A stretch of DNA of 63,572 nt, counting the filler, from Collodictyon triciliatum (lineage: Eukaryota), in NCBI GenBank assembly GCA_043381765.1. It is 11 parts of 11 records of this genome, joined end to end, with 100 filler letters (N's around TTAATTAATTAA, not from the genome) between each part and the next. Parts side by side here need not be neighbours in the genome. Positions count along the whole stretch, not along the records: positions 54,845 to 60,423 come from JBHJMP010005103.1; positions 60,524 to 63,572 come from JBHJMP010005114.1; 9 more parts are not named here. The stretch is one strand, 5' to 3'. The translations under genes and the position numbers were made by a program. Under the pieces are notes generated by a model, which was not told where the DNA came from, did not search any database, and was given only the letters and a program-made list of their open reading frames with translations. Numbering within the stretch: the stretch's first letter is position 1; every line of letters begins with the position of its first letter. Shown here in pieces: positions 59,499 through 63,572 of the stretch.

Positions 59499-60283
59499 TC
59501 ACAGCCGAGTAGCAACGCGGTTTGCAATCAGATACGCAATCAGCAGAATCAAAATCGTGATGATAAGAGCCAGGACACTCTCCTCTGTTCCTTGACGGAC
59601 TTGTGCAGGCAAAGCTCTCTGCTGCCCCTGGGCCGGATTCAACGGAGCGGCAAACAAACCCGCCCGCGCCGGTGCATCTGTTTGTCCTTGTCCTTGTCCT
59701 TGTCCTTGCCCTTGCCCTTGTCCTTGTCCTTCTTCTTCCTGTGCGTCTATCTGCACATCTGTCTGGGCAGTCTCGATACCGGACGAGCCGGCCTGTGACT
59801 CGGCAGCCGACTCGCGGGGATGCGCATCTGGTACGAGAGGCACGCTCAAGTCCAGAGGAGGGACGCTCGCGTGAGGCGCCCTTTCAATCCTTGCCGGTGT
59901 TGTCATGGGCGATGCGCTCACCGTAAAGACAATCGCAGCCGGGTGAATCGGGGCCTGACTTGGCGGGCGATGCTCCCGCGTGTGCGGAGGCAAATCCGAG
60001 GCCGACTCGCCCCTGGTTGGCGTGTCCTGGCTTTGGATCGGGCTCGTGGGTGGGGGCACAGGCGCTGCTTCGCTGTCCTGCTCGGGCGGAGCATCTGCCG
60101 ACTCGTCTGTCGGGCTCGTGTGGGGGAGGGCTGTGCGGTTGTGGCTTCTGCACTTGGGGCACTCCCAGTCGAGCGATTCCTCAGCGAGTTTCATTCGTGC
60201 GCTTTCACTGAGTTCGATGGCCCCAATCGCCCCGTTGCCCGGTGTTGGAAAGAAACCCATTAATGCTACGAGGACGGTTCGGA
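59499..60283 (-). CDS. UBE2J1: Last exon of ER tail-anchored ubiquitin-conjugating enzyme UBE2J1/Ubc6-like
   Basis: RTVLVALMGFFPTPGNGAIGAIE…RMKLAEESLDWECPKC, then a low-complexity linker and C-terminal TM VLALIITILILLIAYLIA. Confidence 0.82.
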
Positions 60284-60383
60284 CTACAGAGGAAAAGGTG
60301 TATGTTTGGTGCGCGCCGTTTAGTGTTGCTTTCTTTTTCGTTTTTTCGTTTTTTTTTTTTCGTTTTTTTTTCGTTTTTTTTTC

Positions 60384-60423
<40 letters not shown>

Positions 60424-60523
60424 NNNNNNNNNNNNNNNNNNNNNNNNNNNNNNNNNNNNNNNNNNNNTTAATTAATTAANNNNNNNNNNNNNNNNNNNNN
60501 NNNNNNNNNNNNNNNNNNNNNNN
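60424..60523. other. Artificial scaffold-joining linker
   Basis: N44-TTAATTAATTAA-N44. Confidence 0.97.
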
Positions 60524-60619
<96 letters not shown>

Positions 60620-60728
60620 GTTTTCCTCTTATTGGTCCTATTGCTGTATCTTACCATGTGAATAGTTTCAACAATCAAGTCAATTTTATTAACCAAGCCG
60701 CTACAACCTGATTCTACAGCTCTTTAGA

Positions 60729-62431
60729 TGTTGCCAAGATTAAGGCGCGGCGGCATAATCCCGGAGGTGGGACGTCCAAAGTATTTTCCAAAATACTGCA
60801 ACTACTGCAATGGCCCTTTTTATTCATCCTTGCATTTTTGAGACTCATTTTTATGCGTCCAGATGTCCCAACCCAGTACAATGGTATACATATCGATTTT
60901 GTCCTATTTATAAAATGAATTGTAGTCTTATTGTAAAGCTTTCAAAAAAAAACCAGCAATTCCTTGCTTGTAAGATGCGCGATAAGCTGTCCATATACGC
61001 ATATATATCTCCTTTATTGAGTTTCACTTACTTGTTTCATTTCATACAGGAAAGGTGGGATTGGCAAAAACTGCTGTATGGTCGTCTCAAATTCCCCTAG
61101 AAAGCGTCAAAGGATTGGCAAAGAAGTTGGATGCCACTGTGAACGATGTGGTTATTGGAATAGTAACAGGGGCACTCAGGCATTCATATTTTATTTTCCT
61201 TCTTTCGTCATCTAATTGCCCAGGCAATACCATATTTGTATTTATTGTCCCCATTTGTTATTTATGCAGAAAATACCTGATAAAGACTGGGTCTAGCGTC
61301 AAAGACCTTACCATCCGATCGGTTGTTCCATTCAACCTTCAGCCACTGGATTCCAGACCCGAATTGAAGAATGAATTCAGCTTATTGTAAGGGCCTGAGA
61401 AGGCATTATTATTTATGTCTAGTATTCGAGTATTATATAGGACCGGATTTTCCCCTATTATTTTAGTTTTTGTATATTCTTGATTTTTCATACATAACCA
61501 TCGCCTCTACCAGATATGTACCTCTTCCTCTTCATATTGAAGATTCTGTTGTTCGGATAAAAAAGACGAATGACGTGATGAATTCTTTAAAGGTCCAGCC
61601 ACATTTACAGACTTTTCTATGATATCGCCTCTTTCATCCTTCCCCTCTTTCCTTTCGTTCGATTCAAATACTTTTATATCCTGCAATGTCGCTCTTGAAT
61701 CAATAGCCTCAGTCGTATCTTTCTTTGACTTTCATTATTCACATCACAGAATGGGGTTGTTCCAGCTGTTCATTTGTTGGCTATGCAGATTTTTTCAAAA
61801 TGCTTTCCATTGGGTAATAGTCTGCATATGTGAAACATTTTTTTTTTCTTGGTGGTCATACTCAAATGGGATGATAAAAAAAATTGATTTGCAATCGGTT
61901 TCTTTTCCTACTTGACCATTCATTTTTGGGAGCTGTTCGTGTTATTCCATGTAGCCAAGAAGAATATGCTTTCATTTCTCAACCATATCCTAGGAATACT
62001 GCGAGTCCTTTTCAGATATTATTCGCAGATGGCCACCATCATCATGTCGAACGTCCCAGGGCCGACTGTTCCTCTCTACTTTGCTGGTCACAAAATCAAG
62101 CAAGTCATCGCATGGGTTCCCCAAAGCGGGTCCGTGGGGCTTGGAGTCTCGATTGTATCGTACGCAGGAAACTTCAGAGTAATTGCACATTTCATATTCC
62201 TAGACAAATCAATCATCCTTTCAAAATCTCGTCTCTTGGGTTATTCCATGGCGTTATCCGTATGTATGATGCAGTTTACAACACCAAGGATATTTGTTAC
62301 GGGGTTGTTGGTTTTTTACCAAGAATTCATACATCTAGATTGGGTTCTTCGCCGACGCCGGGCTTGTGACAGACCCCCAGTTTATTGTCAACGCAATCGA
62401 AACTGAGTTTGTGGAGCTCTTTGACCGGTAA
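60729..62431 (+). CDS. Wax ester synthase / diacylglycerol acyltransferase (WS/DGAT) C-terminal part, 5' truncated
   Basis: IPLESVKGLAKKLDATVNDVVIGIVTGALRKYL, VPFNL…LKNEFS, YVPLPLHIEDSVVRI, TIIMSNVPGPTVPLYFAGHKI, GLGVSIVSYAG, ADAGLVTDP. Confidence 0.88.
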
Positions 62432-63572
62432 TGATGTAGTGAAGGGCCTGAGGCTCCTGTTTTATAGGCCGCCTGTGGCTCGCTCTTCAGTCGCAATCCG
62501 CCACATAGCACATAACCGTCCTCAAGGCGTTTAGACGAGAGAGTAATCCTGCACTTTGCCTGTAACGCAGATACAAGATCCAAGTGCCGGAGTCGATCCC
62601 CTCCGCAGAGTAGCGACGTGTCAGGCATCCGACATAGGCGACCCATCTTGTTTCAAGCATCAAGAACACCAGAACCAAAACGTGATATAAAGCGAAATAA
62701 AAGCAGAGAACAGCAGAAAACCAGAACGGAGGGAAAAGCTTGTATGCTTAGAAAAATAAGAAANNNNNNNNNNNNNNNNNNNNNNNNNNNNNNNNNNNNN
62801 NNNNNNNNNNNNNNNNNNNNNNNNNNNNNNNNNNNNNNNNNNNNNNNNNNNNNNNNNNNNNNNNNNNNNNNNNNNNNNNNNNNNNNNNNNNNNNNNNNNN
62901 NNNNNNNNNNNNNNNNNNNNNNNNNNNNNNNNNNNNNNNNNNNNNNNNNNNNNNNNNNNNNNNNNNNNNNNNNNNNNNNNNNNNNNNNNNNNNNNNNNNN
63001 NNNNNNNNNNNNNNNNNNNNNNNNNNNNNNNNNNNNNNNNNNNNNNNNNNNGAAAATACCTGTAGTCTTTTTGCTGTCGAAAACTCATTCAAGACGCTAC
63101 AGCCTGTGATGTCTGTTTCAAAGACCACTCCAGTAGTTTTCTATACCCTGAAGCCTCTTTATTTATCCTAAAATAATTTAGGAGCGATATATATGCATAT
63201 TGCAGATTCTTACCTACGAATCAACCGATTTAGAGGTAGAAAAGAGACAAGGAAAGAATAAGAAAAGCAAGAGATGAATCGCCACGTCCCCCTCCATGCT
63301 CTAAGCCAGTGTACGAACCACAGTACTTCATTTTGCTTGTGCGTACATATTCATGGAACGCTTCAACCTCGTCTGTGGGTTATATGAGTGGCGCACACAG
63401 GAATAACCATGAGGAAAACACATTCTTAGCTTTTGAAGTGGATTCATGAGCGCCAGAAAAGCTTCCACAAACGGGTGAGTCGAAGTCCGTTGCGGTTGTC
63501 AAAAAAGAAAAAAGAAAAAAGAAAAAAGAAAAAAGAAAAAAGAAAAAAGAAAAAAGAAAAAAGAAAAAAAAA

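Overview
Eukaryotic (protist-like, AT-rich, intron- and microsatellite-rich) DNA in the standard genetic code. This is not one locus: 11 unrelated ~5.6-kb scaffolds are joined by artificial 100-bp N44-TTAATTAATTAA-N44 linkers, so adjacency across linkers means nothing. Spliced genes I could reconstruct by hand: eIF3g, a RING/B-box/coiled-coil/NHL (TRIM-NHL) protein, an acylated IQ-motif paladin-like phosphatase, a TM-dCache-TM receptor, an HSDL2-like SDR, a TPR-pentapeptide-WD40-Sel1-like protein, a RasGEF, a RecQ helicase, an RPAP3-like co-chaperone, a FYVE-like fragment, CTNNBL1, UBE2J1/Ubc6 and a WS/DGAT. Also present: tRNA-Gly(CCC), tRNA-Phe(GAA), decayed non-LTR retroelements, a kinase pseudogene and a ~50-bp dispersed repeat. 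The best candidate for a new system is the gene at 32031-36933. It has exactly 126-nt symmetric one-TPR-per-exon cassettes spliced onto a giant exon with 13 highly self-similar WD40 repeats that vary at surface positions, which resembles a diversifying immune or recognition receptor. Exon boundaries and family calls come from manual reading, not database searches.
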